From positions 17,285,807-17,349,806 of the forward strand of contig NC_134031.1 in NCBI RefSeq assembly GCF_964204645.1: a stretch of 64,000 nt of DNA, written 5' to 3'. The stretch is from Tubulanus polymorphus (taxonomy: Eukaryota > Animalia > Nemertea). Both the position numbers and the translations under genes were made by a program. Position 1 is the stretch's first letter; each line of letters begins with the position of its first letter. Below the pieces are notes generated by a model. That model saw only the letters and a list, made by a program, of their open reading frames with translations, had not been told where the DNA came from and ran no database searches. Positions 1-11,714 of the stretch are shown in pieces.

Positions 1-2300
1 TCAAATATTTCATCAAAATAAGAAAAACATGAATTACACAAGAAGATGCTGTTGTGCCATTGAAAATATCATCAAGATTTCATTGAAAAAAAATTAACAT
101 GATTCTAACTAGAGATGCTGTTGTGCCATTGCAAATTTGACTCGAAATGTCAAATATATCATCAAAATACAAAATAAACATGAATTTCACTAGAAGATGC
201 TGTTGTGCCATTGAAAATATCATCATGATTTCATTGAAAAAAAAAGATTAACATGATTCTAACTTGAAGATGCTGTTGTGCCATTGCAAATTTGACTCGA
301 AATGTCAAATATTTCATCAAAATAAGAAAAACATGAATTTCACTAGAAGATGCTGTTGTGCCATTGAAAATATCATCAAGATTTCATTGAAAAAAAAGAT
401 TAACATGATTCTAACTTGAAGATGCTGTTGTGCCATTGCAAATTTGACTCGAAATGTCAAATATTTCATCAAAATAAAAAAAACATGAACTTCACTAGAA
501 GATGCTGTTGTGCCATTGAAAATATCATCAAGATTTCATTGAAAAAAAAAGATTAACATGATTCTGACAAGAAGATGCTGTTGTGCCATTGCAAATTTGA
601 CTCAAAATGTCAAATATATCATCAAAATACATAATCAACATGAATTTCACTAGAAGATGCTGTTGTGCCATTGCAAATTTGACTCAAAATGTCAAATATA
701 CCATCAAAATACAAAATAAACATGAATTTCACTAGAAGATGCTGTTGTGCCATTGCAAATTTGACTCAAAATGTCAAATATTTCATCAAAATACATAATC
801 AACATGAATTTCACAAGAAGATGCTGTTGTGCCACTGAAAATATCATCATGATTTCATTGAAAAAAAAGATTAACATGATTCTAACTTGAAGATGCTGTT
901 GTGCCATTGCAAATTTGACTCAAAATGTCAAATATTTCATCAAAATAAGAAAAACATGAATTTCACTAGAAGATGCTGTTGTGCCATTGAAAATATCATC
1001 AAGATTTCATTGAAATAAAATTAACATGATTGTAACTAGAAGATGCGGTTGTGCCATTGCAAATTTGACTCAAAATGTCAAATATATCATCAAAATACAA
1101 AATAAACATGAATTTCACTAGAAGATGCTGTTGTGCCATTGAAAATATCATCAAGATTTCATTGAAAAAAAAAATTAACATGATTCTAACTAGAGATGCT
1201 GTTGTGCCATTGCAAATTTGACTCGAAATGTCAAATATATCATCAAAATACAAAATAAACATGAATTTCACTAGAAGATGCTGTTGTGCCATTGAAAATA
1301 TCATCATGATTTCATTGAAAAAAAAGATTAACATGATTCTAACTTGAAGATGCTGTTGTGCCATTGCAAATTTGACTCGAAATGTCAAATATTTCATCAA
1401 AATAAGAAAAACATGAATTTCACTAGAAGATGCTGTTGTGCCATTGAAAATATCATCAAGATGCTGTTGTGCCATTGCAAATTTGACTCGAAATGTCAAA
1501 TATATCATCAAAATACAAAATAAACATGAATTTCACTAGAAGATGCTGTTGTGCCATTGAAAATATCATCATGATTTCATTGAAAAAAAAAGATTAACAT
1601 TATTCTAACTTGAAGATGCTGTTGTGCCATTGCAAATTTGACTCAAAATGTTAAATATTTCATCAAAATTAAAAAAACATGAATTTCACTAGAAGATGCT
1701 GTTGTGCCATTGAAAATATCATTGCAAATTTGACTCAAATGTCAAATATTTCATCAAAATAAAAATAAACATTATTTTCACTAGAAGATGCTGCTGCGCC
1801 GTTGCAAGTATAGAAGATTTCATTTAAAAAAAGAATTAACATGATTCTAATTTGGAGATGCAGTTGTGCCGTTACAAATTTGACTCACATATCAAAGATT
1901 TCATCAAAATACAAAATTAACATGATTTTTCAATTAATTCAGAAGATGCTGTTGTGCCGCTGCAAATATCATGAAGATATCTGTGAAAAAAAATATCTAT
2001 ATGATTCTATCTAGAAGGTGCTGTTGTGCCGTTGCAAATTTGACTTGTTAAAAATTTCATCAAAATCTAATACATAATACAATACATGATTTTTTACTAT
2101 AACGTTCTGTTTTACCATCGCAAAATTTCAACTCGACGTTACATCAGAAGATTTCATATGAATCCAAAAATTGAAGTGTGCTATAACTCCAATCACATTT
2201 ATATACACATTTGACTAAAATGTCAAAGTTTTTCATCCAAATACAAAAATTAACATGATTTTTGCTAGAAGACGCTGTTGTGCCGTTGCAAATTTGACAA
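1..2300. repeat. Tandem satellite of alternating ~70-73 bp (A) and ~80-82 bp (B) units (dimer ~153 bp); decayed copies continue to ~3010
   Basis: Core GAAGATGCTGTTGTGCCATTG recurs, with GATGC at 45, 114, 196, 269, 349, 421, 501, 574, 656, 738, 820, 892, 972, 1042, 1124, 1195, 1277, 1349, 1429, 1460, 1542, 1615, 1695 and then diverging copies. The array runs off the left edge of the window. Confidence 0.95.
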
Positions 2301-3995
2301 GTTCAAGATTATCCGATGCGGAATTTAATACTTGATTTTTTGCTATGAGATGTTTGTGCCATTGCAAAATCTTAACTTGACGTTATGTCAAAAGATTTCA
2401 TACGTATCCAAAAATTGAAGTGTGCTATAATTCAAACGACATTTACATGATGCCGTTGTGCCTGTTTTCAAACTAAGTTGAAACAAATTACAATATTTAT
2501 TTGATTTCTACAATATAAGATGTCATGACGAAGTTGACTACTAAAAGTCAAATGAATTTGGAAAATGAAAATATCAATAGCTAGAGAATAGCAAATTCCA
2601 AGAAATATGATATATACATGATTTTTTCACTCTATAAAGATGCTGTTGCGCCATGACAAATTTGAATTATTGTCGATATATTCGATATGAATACTGAATT
2701 AAATAGAGTAAGGGAATAGTTGGAGTAGGCGTTAGCAAACTCCAAGAAAAAACCCTAAGGTAAATGTACGATTTGGTAAACGATATGTCGTATCTACACA
2801 AATTTGACATAAATATGTCAAGAAAATGCTGTTGTACCTTTAAAATTTACAAAATATTTTTTTTCAATTACAACATTTTAATATTTTTTTCTACTTATAA
2901 AGTTTTATATTTTTTTTGAATTTTTCAAATTTTAGAAAAACAGAACATATGTGTATATAGACTCGTTAAACGATAAGATGCTGTAGTGCCGTTGTAAAGT
3001 TGACATTGATAACGTCAAGAATTTCATAGAAATTCATTTAAAAAAAGCGTAAAAATAAATGTCCTGCGATAAAGTATTTCAAAAATAGTTGTAAACAAGT
3101 TGTATAAAAAATGAGTAAATATTGAGTATAGTTAGATAGAATATTTCAAAAATTGTTGTAAATACGTTGTATAAAAATCTAGTAAAAATCGAGTATACTA
3201 AGATAAAATTTGAAAATAGTTTTAGTAGCCTAGATACCAGAGTTATCACAGTTGTGTCTATCACTCATTACAATATAAAGTTTCCCTAGTTTAAGATAAA
3301 TTCGTTTTGAATAGCTAAGATATATAAATGCAAATATTTGACGAGAGCCGTTGTTCTTTAGACGGTGATGACTTGTCGATAGTTGGAGACTTGATACAAT
3401 GGAAGCCTTGTACATATCGGAGACTTGTCACTTCGTATTGTTAGTTATTTGACACTGTTGGAGCCAGCCTTGTTTTGGCAACGGAGATAGAGAGTTATCG
3501 CTTGCTCGGTTGGTAGAGCCTTGTTTGACAGTTAAAACTTGACACGCATTGATGAAACACACTTGACGCAGTTGGAGCTTTGTTCGATCGTGAAGATTTA
3601 ACACTTGGTGATTGAGTCCTCTATCAGTGTTGAAGATTAAGCGATATTTATCAGTGTTGCTGTAGTCTTATCGTGTAGTGTTGAAGACTTATTGGCTTCC
3701 AATCTCGGAGGCTTCTCTCTGTTGGAGTCTTTCTTGTCACTTGTTTAGTGTTTAGGACACTTGTCACCTGTCAGCGTCGGACGGAGTCTTATCAGTGTTG
3801 TTGAAGACTTATCATTTGACACGCTTATGGAGTCATAGCTGGAGACTCAAAACGGCTACTCGTCTAGACGTTAGAACGGTATTCGAAGAATCGGTCTGGT
3901 AAATCGGTAAAATTGAATGCGCAGGTCGAGAAATTCAAAATAAAAAAAGAAAAAAAGTCCGTTTATAATTTCTGCAGTTGCTGGTTTTTGAGGAT

Positions 3996-6900
3996 TTAAC
4001 GATGTCGTCGGAAGAAGCGGGTGCAGCGTCGCGCAAATCGACGGAACTTGGACATTCGTTTGTCTTCTTTACCGACAGAAATAAGGTTGAATTCTTCGTT
4101 GCCGTACATATCCTTCATATAATCTACCAGGTCATCGCGATCTTTGAAGTGCAGGAGAACGGCTCCACCGCTGGGAATCGGTCCGTGGCCATGCTTGTTT
4201 CGTGCGTGCGAGTCGTACACGTAGATTCCGGTTGGAGTGATCGGGTCTTTCATCAGCGCAGTTGAGAAGCCTTTTGCGCTCTGTCCGTTGACGACGATCA
4301 CCGCGCCGATCGAGCCTTCATCCGCCAGAGCATTTCTTACCGATTCATCTAAACAGGTTGCGCCGGAATCGGCGTCGTTTGAGCCATAGGTCGTTCCGTA
4401 GTAATCGTTCAATCTAACGAGTTTGTGGAATTTCGATACTTGTCTCAGCGGATGTTCGTCTGGCGCCAGGAAAAAATCTTTCGGCTGCAGTATGCAAACT
4501 GATTCGTAATGTAGGTCGTGTCCCTTCTCCAGAATTCTCTCCAGTTTCCGTTCGGTCCATTCATTTGCCGGGACTTTGATCGACTCAGAAAGTGCTTGAT
4601 ACGCCATGCTGGTGCACTGAGTTCCGCTGATCGGAGATTTTTCCATGTTGGGAATGTTGTTCTGGTGAAAGCGAGCCTTGATGCTGCGTTCGAGATTAGC
4701 GTATTGGAATCTAAAGAACGGATTTGATCTTTGAGACGGAGGCACCGACTTTTCACAAACTGCAGTTATGCTGGCCACTTCTTCGTCGGGCATATCTGCG
4801 CCTGTAAATAGAAAGAAAGAAAAACATATTCAAACGAGAACATTGTAAATAGTCCGTGAAAAGAGCTACTTCTGAGTGAGAACTTCTAAAAAAGTAAAAT
4901 CTATGAGGGGGCCGCATATTGTGTCTTTAAAAAGTTCTTCAATTGCAAAAAAAATCTGAAAAAAATTCGTAGAATCCTTGAACATTTGGGGCTACCACCC
5001 TCCACATGTCAGACCTATGCTACCCAGCAATTGATACTTACTTCTTACGTCATCCGAATCAGAATTAGTTATATCAGGTATGGACGAGCAGCTTAATTCA
5101 GAGATGGAATCAGCATTTGTGTCGGATTCGGAAGTCACATCAGAGCTTGCTTCAAAGATGGTTTGCAAGCGCGGTATGAAGCTTGCAGACCTCAATCGGG
5201 AGCTAGATCGTGGAGGGTTGAATCTACCGGCATCGTTGTCAGCCCCGACGCCGTGATCTTTGTTATTATCGGAAACTTTAGATACATCGTTTGCCACATC
5301 AGCATCGTTATCTGCATCAGCATCTTTAGCTACACCTGCATCTTTAGCTGCATCAGCATTTTTAGCTGCATCAGTGTCGTGAGCTACATCAGTATCGTGA
5401 GCTGCATCAGTATCGTGAGCTACATCAGTGTCGTGAGCTGCATCAGTATCTTTAGCTGCATCAGTATCGTGAGCTACATCAGTGTCGTGAGCTGCATCGG
5501 TATCTTTAGCTACATCAGTGTCGTGAGCTACATCAGTGTCGTGAGCTACATCAGCATCTTTAGCTGCATCAGTATCGTGAGCTACATCAGTATCGTGAGC
5601 TACATCAGTATCGTGAGCTACATCAGTATCTTTAGCTACATCAGTGTCGTGAGCTACATCAGCATCTTTAGCTGCATCAGTGTCGTGAGCTACATCAGTA
5701 TCGATAGCTGCATCAGCATCCTTAGTATCTACGTCATCATTTTCTGAATCGTCACCGCTGAATTCGCCTAACGATATATCACTCTGCGCACCTGGCACCG
5801 GTTCTTCGACCGCGCTGGCTAACGAGACTGAGCTGGAGCTCGTCGTAACTTTGCTCAAGTCGCTGAACTTTTCCTCGATCTATGAAAACACAACATAGAA
5901 AAACATTCATAGTTACAGGCTATGATAGCAGTTCAGACATGAAATCGAATTTGCCAAAAAAGTGGATAACGGGGCCAAAGAATTTAATCGCAAAAATTTG
6001 GGTCTGCTTATTGTTTACACCTATTCATTTATATTGAAGGCCTATACATACATTGCAATAGTAAGGCTACTTCTCAATTTAAAAAAAAGCTTTGATCATT
6101 CTTACTTGATATAAGCCTTGGCCTAGTTTTATTTGGTAAAATTCAATTAATTTCTAATTCACTTCAATTATTCTAACTACCACTAGGTTTCAGGAAAAAC
6201 TCAATGGTCTAATTCATTTCTATTTTAGGTGTCAGGTCACGGAAAATCCACCAGAAACATATGCATTATGATCAGAAATAATCTTATGTGCAAAACGAGT
6301 CTAATTCATCAAAAGAAAAGACAAAATTTGTCAAAATTTTTTCTTGGAATTCAAAATAAATCTAAATTTAAACCAATTTATAGTGTCTATTGTTGATGAG
6401 ATCACTTCCTTGTGAATGCTGATTCGGGCCACAAAATTACATATTGATTAAACAAAGAATGTTTGTTTCAAAAAAAAATTTAGTTTGTGTTTTTGAAAAA
6501 AAGTTAATTTCAGCGCCTTGTGAAAATAACTAGCCGAAATAATTTTCAGGTCCTGAAAACAATTAGAAATTTTTTTCAGATTCCCAAAATTTTTTTCAGT
6601 CGGTGCTAAAAACAACTCGGTCCTAAAAACAAAAAAAGTCAAAGTTGTCTTGAGAACTTAAAAAAATTTTTTGAAATCAACTAGTTTTTTCAGCGGGTGC
6701 TGAATACACATTTTAGGGCCTAAAAGTTGTTTTCAGGACCTTAAAGTTAATTTCGGATCCCCCAATCAACTTAACAATATTTATCTTTTAGGTGGTGCTG
6801 ACAAAAAAATTATTCAAAAAAATACAAAAAAAAAAATTTCAAAAAAGAATTTTTTTTTTGAAAAAAATTTCTTTAAAAAAACTATTTTCTGGCCCAAATC

Positions 6901-7043
6901 AGCTACCATCTATTCTCAGTGAAATATGAAGTGATTAAACGATGTGTCCATACCTTACTATCGCTGTCCATTGGCTTAACATGAGGCTGTATTCTGCCGA
7001 AACAACACAAGAAAAAACTCGGAAAACGATTTTCGCGAGGCAT
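3996..7043 (-). CDS. 3-exon gene, ~577 aa: N-terminal Cys-Cys segment, acidic hexapeptide repeat region, C-terminal herpes-tegument-like (peptidase C76/VTD) deubiquitinase domain
   Basis: Exons 7043-6954 (MPRENRFPSFFLCCFG..., AAG|gtatgg), 5879-5042 (catag|ATC...AGAA|gtaagt) and 4801-3996 (ttacag|GC). Intron phases 0 and 1 join in frame (1734 nt). Exon 3 has IKARFHQ...SGTQCTSMA and IYVYDSH, matching the Gln, Q-C and D-x-H motifs of C76-type DUBs. Confidence 0.8.
5289..5720 (-). repeat. Coding 18-bp minisatellite, 24 units of D-[TA]-D-[VA]-A-[HK]
   Basis: 432 bp = 24 x 18; translation DADAAI DTDVAH DTDAAK ... DADVAN within exon 2. Confidence 0.95.
6418..6903. mobile_element. MITE / non-autonomous DNA transposon in intron 1
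   Basis: TIR GCTGATTCGGGCCACAAAA (6418-6436) versus TTTTCTGGCCCAAATCAGC (6885-6903), 17/19 complementary. AT-rich non-coding interior; related sequence at ~34100-34610. Confidence 0.65.
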
Positions 7044-7273
7044 TTTGTCACTCGAATTTCTTCGCTTCACTCAGCCACAGTAGTCTAATGGAAATAAATC
7101 CTAAAAAGTAGAGATTAAAGAGTTTACAATTATGTAATGAGCGACCCGATCGGGCTAGGGGGTGCGGTAGGGTTGAGGTTTAATTCGAAGGACGTCTTTC
7201 ACTCGTTGGATATTTCTCATTGGTGGCGAAAAAATGGCCGTCATTTCGATCGCGGCTTCATTCAAAATATTGA

Positions 7274-7640
7274 AAATACCGTTAAAAGATTTACCGGGTG
7301 GGGTAAAGTAGAGAGAGGGTTTGGGGAGATAGCGAGGACTGAAATATAACAAGATAGCCAACGTGACAGAAGGCCGAGAGCGCGACGACCAGTTCGGGCC
7401 GGCGGATCGGGCCGGACCGCGAGGCGCGCATGGCCGACCCCAGGACAGAGACTTCGATCAATCAACCAATAAATACCATTAAAAGTTTTGCTGGGTGGTG
7501 TAGAGTAGCGAGAGGGTTCTCATGAGATAGGGAGACTTGAAATATAACAAGTTAGTCAACGTAGAAGAAGGCCGAGCGCGACCGAGGAGAGAGGGGGGAC
7601 CGGACGCGCGTGACCACCCGACCCCTCGATCAATCAACCG
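7274..7640. repeat. Diverged ~195-bp direct duplication, possibly part of a solo LTR (7133-7668)
   Basis: AATACC.TTAAAAG...GGGTGG.GTA.AGTAG.GAGAGGGTT...TGAAATATAACAAG.TAG.CAACGT...GAAGGCCGAG.GCG...CGATCAATCAACC occurs twice. Enclosing segment starts TGTAA and ends TTACA, but no TSD is seen. Confidence 0.7.
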
Positions 7641-9369
7641 ATTCTACATCATTTCTAAGTTAGTTACATCTATTTCCACTTGTCACGGGATAGAACACGG
7701 GCTAGATTTACGTATACATACCTTTTCTTCTGTGAATTAGTGAATTCTGACGTCGATTAGTTGAATTTTCTAAGAGAATTCTGATCGTGTCAGAGTAATA
7801 TTGACAAGAAAATGTCGGTAACTACGATTTCACGAATTCTGTTGCTAGGATGCGCGCTGTGTATTTTGGGAAAAAGTGAAGCCGCATTGCATTATGGTCC
7901 TCACAGTATAGGCTGGGCCAAAATTAAAGGCTATTTTTACCTGTGTGTCCTACGCGTGCAAAATAGAAGTGTGAATCGTTGACTTAATCAATAATATTAT
8001 CGTTTTTATTGTCGTTTAGTAGTGAGAGGACATGTCACCATCGATTTTCATCATATTTTACATTATAAACATTTTGACACTTAATTCACGGGTCATTTAA
8101 CTTAAATTTAAGTTATTTAATTATGTCCGTCTTGATTTTCCATCTAGTGATTTGCAAAAAGTTAGTTTCTTTTTCACTTCGAATCAAATTCATCACAATT
8201 TTCACCCATTTTGAATTGTTCTCTGCAATCGTCCCGAGATTTCAGATGGAAAATCCTGGAATGATAAGAAAAATATCTATCTTCATCCTTTCTCCAGTTC
8301 CCTTCGGCGTTTTGAAACGCCCACATGAAAAGAAATACTTTCCCCCTTCGTAAAACATGAAATATAATAAAAAAATGGAATATATATTTGTCTAATTATA
8401 TAATTTTTCAATCGGCAGTCCTGAAGGATGCCTTTTGGTTTCTTGAAAAAAAAAAACTGATAAAAAGTCTTTCTTGATAGATGATGAATAAACTTGAGAC
8501 ATACTGACTCATATTCGCTTGAGCGGAGATCTAGAAAATAATATCGTAGATGCATGACTCGATAAGCGACATGATATATAGCAGCAGGTTTGTGGGCCTG
8601 TGATGGGCGGTATATAGGCCACGATCTATCCACCTGTCGCACCCGGTGAGCGCCTATCATCCGCTGTCATTCTACAAGATTCTACGACGAAACTTGATGT
8701 ATCACCCGGGCGCGCGGTGCGTCAACCTGCCTGCGAGACTCAACGTTATTCACCCGAGCGGCAGTCTGTCAATTTATTGAGAACGATGATGCCAGTTCCT
8801 TGACGTTTTAAGAAATCAGTCATGACCTCACTATACGATTCGGGGTCGTGGGAAGACGCGTTCGAGTCCATATAACATACCACGAAACGTACATAAAAAT
8901 ATTCGATATCTTTGATGCGGTTCCCCGCAACAAAAGCCATTACCTACTAAAGAAGCCTTTCTAGACAATTCGGGCCCGTCAAAGTCAAAAACCGCTTTAC
9001 AAAAATAGCGGAAATCCATGACGGCTAGATAATGTAATGAACAACAACAACAAATACAGCAAAAATTGCTCCAGATTCTGCTTTTTAAAAGTCTGTATAT
9101 TTTACCAACGATCACGCCCGGGGATGATCCGTCTTTTTTTTATTCCAGGCACCGTTTCTACCAATGACTTTTTAGCCGCGTCATTTCGTTCCATTATTAC
9201 AACTTCCAAACACATCTTCATCTATTATTCACAACAAAAGTATAATGGTATCATCGACTTGAGAGGCCTAGTATGGCTTGACAAGTCCGGGAAGTTTATC
9301 AACGCATTTTAAAGGTTGAAGATTTCGATTATCGATTTTCCCTATACGTTATAAACGAATACGTCAGTG

Positions 9370-9528
9370 AATGAAAACCCACAGTAGATTTGTAGAAACA
9401 GTTTTTGGTCCTCTGAAGATGAGGTTTAGTTCTAACCTAGAAACTGTTAAGAAATAAACTGTTTCTACAAATCTACTGTGGGTTTTTATTCGTTCTATAC
9501 TGAGATTTATATCAGTTCACTACAGTCC
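9370..9528 (+). mobile_element. Penelope-like retroelement pLTR fragment with inverted 5' segment and degenerate hammerhead core
   Basis: 11-bp TSD ATACGTCAGTG (9359-9369, 9529-9539). ~35-bp inverted repeat AAAACCCACAGTAGATTTGTAGAAACAGTTT / AAACTGTTTCTACAAATCTACTGTGGGTTTT. Core CTGAAGA(9413)-TG-AGGTT..AACCT-A-GAAAC. Confidence 0.65.
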
Positions 9529-10439
9529 ATACGTCAGTGTTCGATCCAGACGCAGCTGAAGCCACAGGTCCGTGACTTTCGAATGAACTCCTCGCAAAAA
9601 AGTTTGGTTACACTCGGTTTTGATTCGAAAGTACTATTTAACTATAACTATTAAGCTTAATACACTTACAGCTATTACAACATATTAGGGCTTTGATAGC
9701 CTATATTAAATCTGCTATATAAGATTTTTATATCAGCGAACTTCGCTCGGAGGACATATTCGAGCATAACACTTTCAAAAGATTCCCAGGGAAGGCTCTC
9801 AGATTCGCGTTCAGTTCGAAGCAAATCAAAAACGAACCCCGTATTCCTCGACCTGAAACCATAAACCATCAAATTTTTGAATTATATTCCTCTAATGCAA
9901 TATCGTGTGATAACACTAATGTATAAATAAAATTGCAACCGTGAGAAAGTTGCGAGAATGAGACGGAAATTTTATCAAATCTCTGGGATGAGAAAATCGT
10001 GAAGATATGGTTAGAGTTGATAGCTTATAATCGCATAATGATGACCTTGTGCGGTCTTATCGCTGGCATACGATCGAGACGTTGGGCTTAGCATTCACGC
10101 ATTTACACTGGGATTGTCATTCGGCGCCTTTGTCATCATTTTCCTGCCGTAAGTGGCAACTTGTAAATGCCGGAAAACCATCAAAATGACGTTTGAGAAT
10201 GTTTGAAGCTTATCAGAATCAAACACTATAATAGATACAAAAATTATTCGGTGGCCGTGAGAAACACGGTTTTATCTGGCACGAAATGATGTACTTTAGG
10301 CCCTCCACTGATAAACTGATTTTAATGTTATTTACCTTTATCAGTTAAATCTTTGATTCTTAGCGTGAGATCTCGATTTTATATTCACAGACAATATGAG
10401 AGTCAAATCTTAAAACTTAGACCTGATTATAGGGTACCT

Positions 10440-10670
10440 GGGACCAGTTCCACGGAACGACTCGAAGTGTCATAATTGATAATAGTGGAACTTTAAGTAG
10501 GCTCCGCAAAACTGGTTTTAGATTGGGGACGGTTCAACAGCCATGACTTGGACGTAAGATCAGCCACGATCTCGGTTCTATAGCCGAAATAATGACTTAA
10601 GTCCGGTCGTAAGATTTGAACAACTTTTTGACTTAAAGTCTATGTAAAACTATGGAAGCGCAGCTCGAAC
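10440..10670. mobile_element. Degenerate MITE copies of the family seen at 49522-49807
   Basis: GGGACCAGTTCCA and GGGGACGGTTCAA termini; interior GACTT..AAGATCAG..GTTCTATAG..ACTTAAG..TAAGATTT..ACTTTT matches the Prdx6-intron elements. Confidence 0.55.
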
Positions 10671-11097
10671 TGTAAATCAAGGCCGTTGCAATCCCATCAA
10701 AATGCAATATGTATGATCCTTCATTCACGATTATTATGTAGAATTCACTTTCCCTTGTAATTCACAGTCATTTTGAAAGGGAACTTTTCTTGATTGTTTA
10801 TGAAAATTACTGTCCCGAAATCAATCGGTTTGAAATCGCTTTTGCTGGAGCCAGTTCCAGTCTCTTTGCCTCACGATGAAATCTAGAGTCGAACTACGAA
10901 AATATGAACGGAAAATAACCAATTAATTCAGAAATAATAATTACCAGTATCTTTATTTTCACTCTTTGTTCGGTAAATGCTCGCACAAGTTTTCGCATGA
11001 TATGCATTTATTATATACAATATAATAAGCAAATATTCATTTATATTTATATTACGGTACATGGTTACAGGTATCCTGGCGCAACTTCAAGCAGGTC

Positions 11098-11240
11098 TAT
11101 CACACAATTTTTACAATATGTCGTTGCATATAAGTACAAGGCCGCAGGTCGGAAAAATCGCACGTTAGAAAATTGTTTTCCAGCAGATTTTTCGATTCTA
11201 ACTAAAACCTTTATATATATATATTTATTCATCATCACAG
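11098..11240 (-). promoter_or_regulatory. K-box (miR-2 family seed) sites in the Hes 3'UTR
   Basis: TGTGATA (plus-strand TATCACA 11098-11104) and CTGTGAT (ATCACAG 11234-11240). AATAAA signals on the minus strand at 11224-11229 and 10952-10957. Confidence 0.5.
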
Positions 11241-11714
11241 AGATCTTTGTAATATTCATGTTTCTTTAATGATATCAATACTTAATGTGTTTAAATTTCT
11301 TTTTGTATATACAAACTTACACATATCTTACAAATTTACAATTAAAGTTCTTGTGAACTATATACATACTTTCTACACCGGACTTATTGCCATATATAGA
11401 TGGTATTATTTAAATATACATATGAAACAAAACACAACAAACTTCTTACTTAGATTACACGATAAGGCCGAATCTCGACGGAAGCCCAAAATCATACAGA
11501 TAGCACAGTTCAAAGTCAACATTCACAGATTATTCATTCATACACTCACATTCACATTAAATGCCCAAAGAAAATTAGAATATCGGTTCACGATATGATG
11601 CCGATTTAGAAAAAAGAAAAAAATTGCCATTTGCAATCATAAGTAAATGCATATAGGTATAAGTATCGACTAATCATCATTAGCTCCTCGATTAGAGCAG
11701 TGAGTAGTTCGTTT

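Noticed and set aside
704-1511. ORFs 704-907 and 999-1511
   Set aside because: Translations of the satellite.
1-1750. CRISPR-like array (constant 21-bp core with intervening sequence)
   Set aside because: The intervening sequences are themselves repeats of two types, there are no cas genes, and the context is eukaryotic. It is a satellite.
5163-5747. Plus-strand 194-aa Ser/Ile/Cys ORF
   Set aside because: Antisense shadow of the coding 18-bp repeat.
8746-9115. Overlapping minus-strand ORFs as a transposase remnant
   Set aside because: No recognisable motif and no splice structure.
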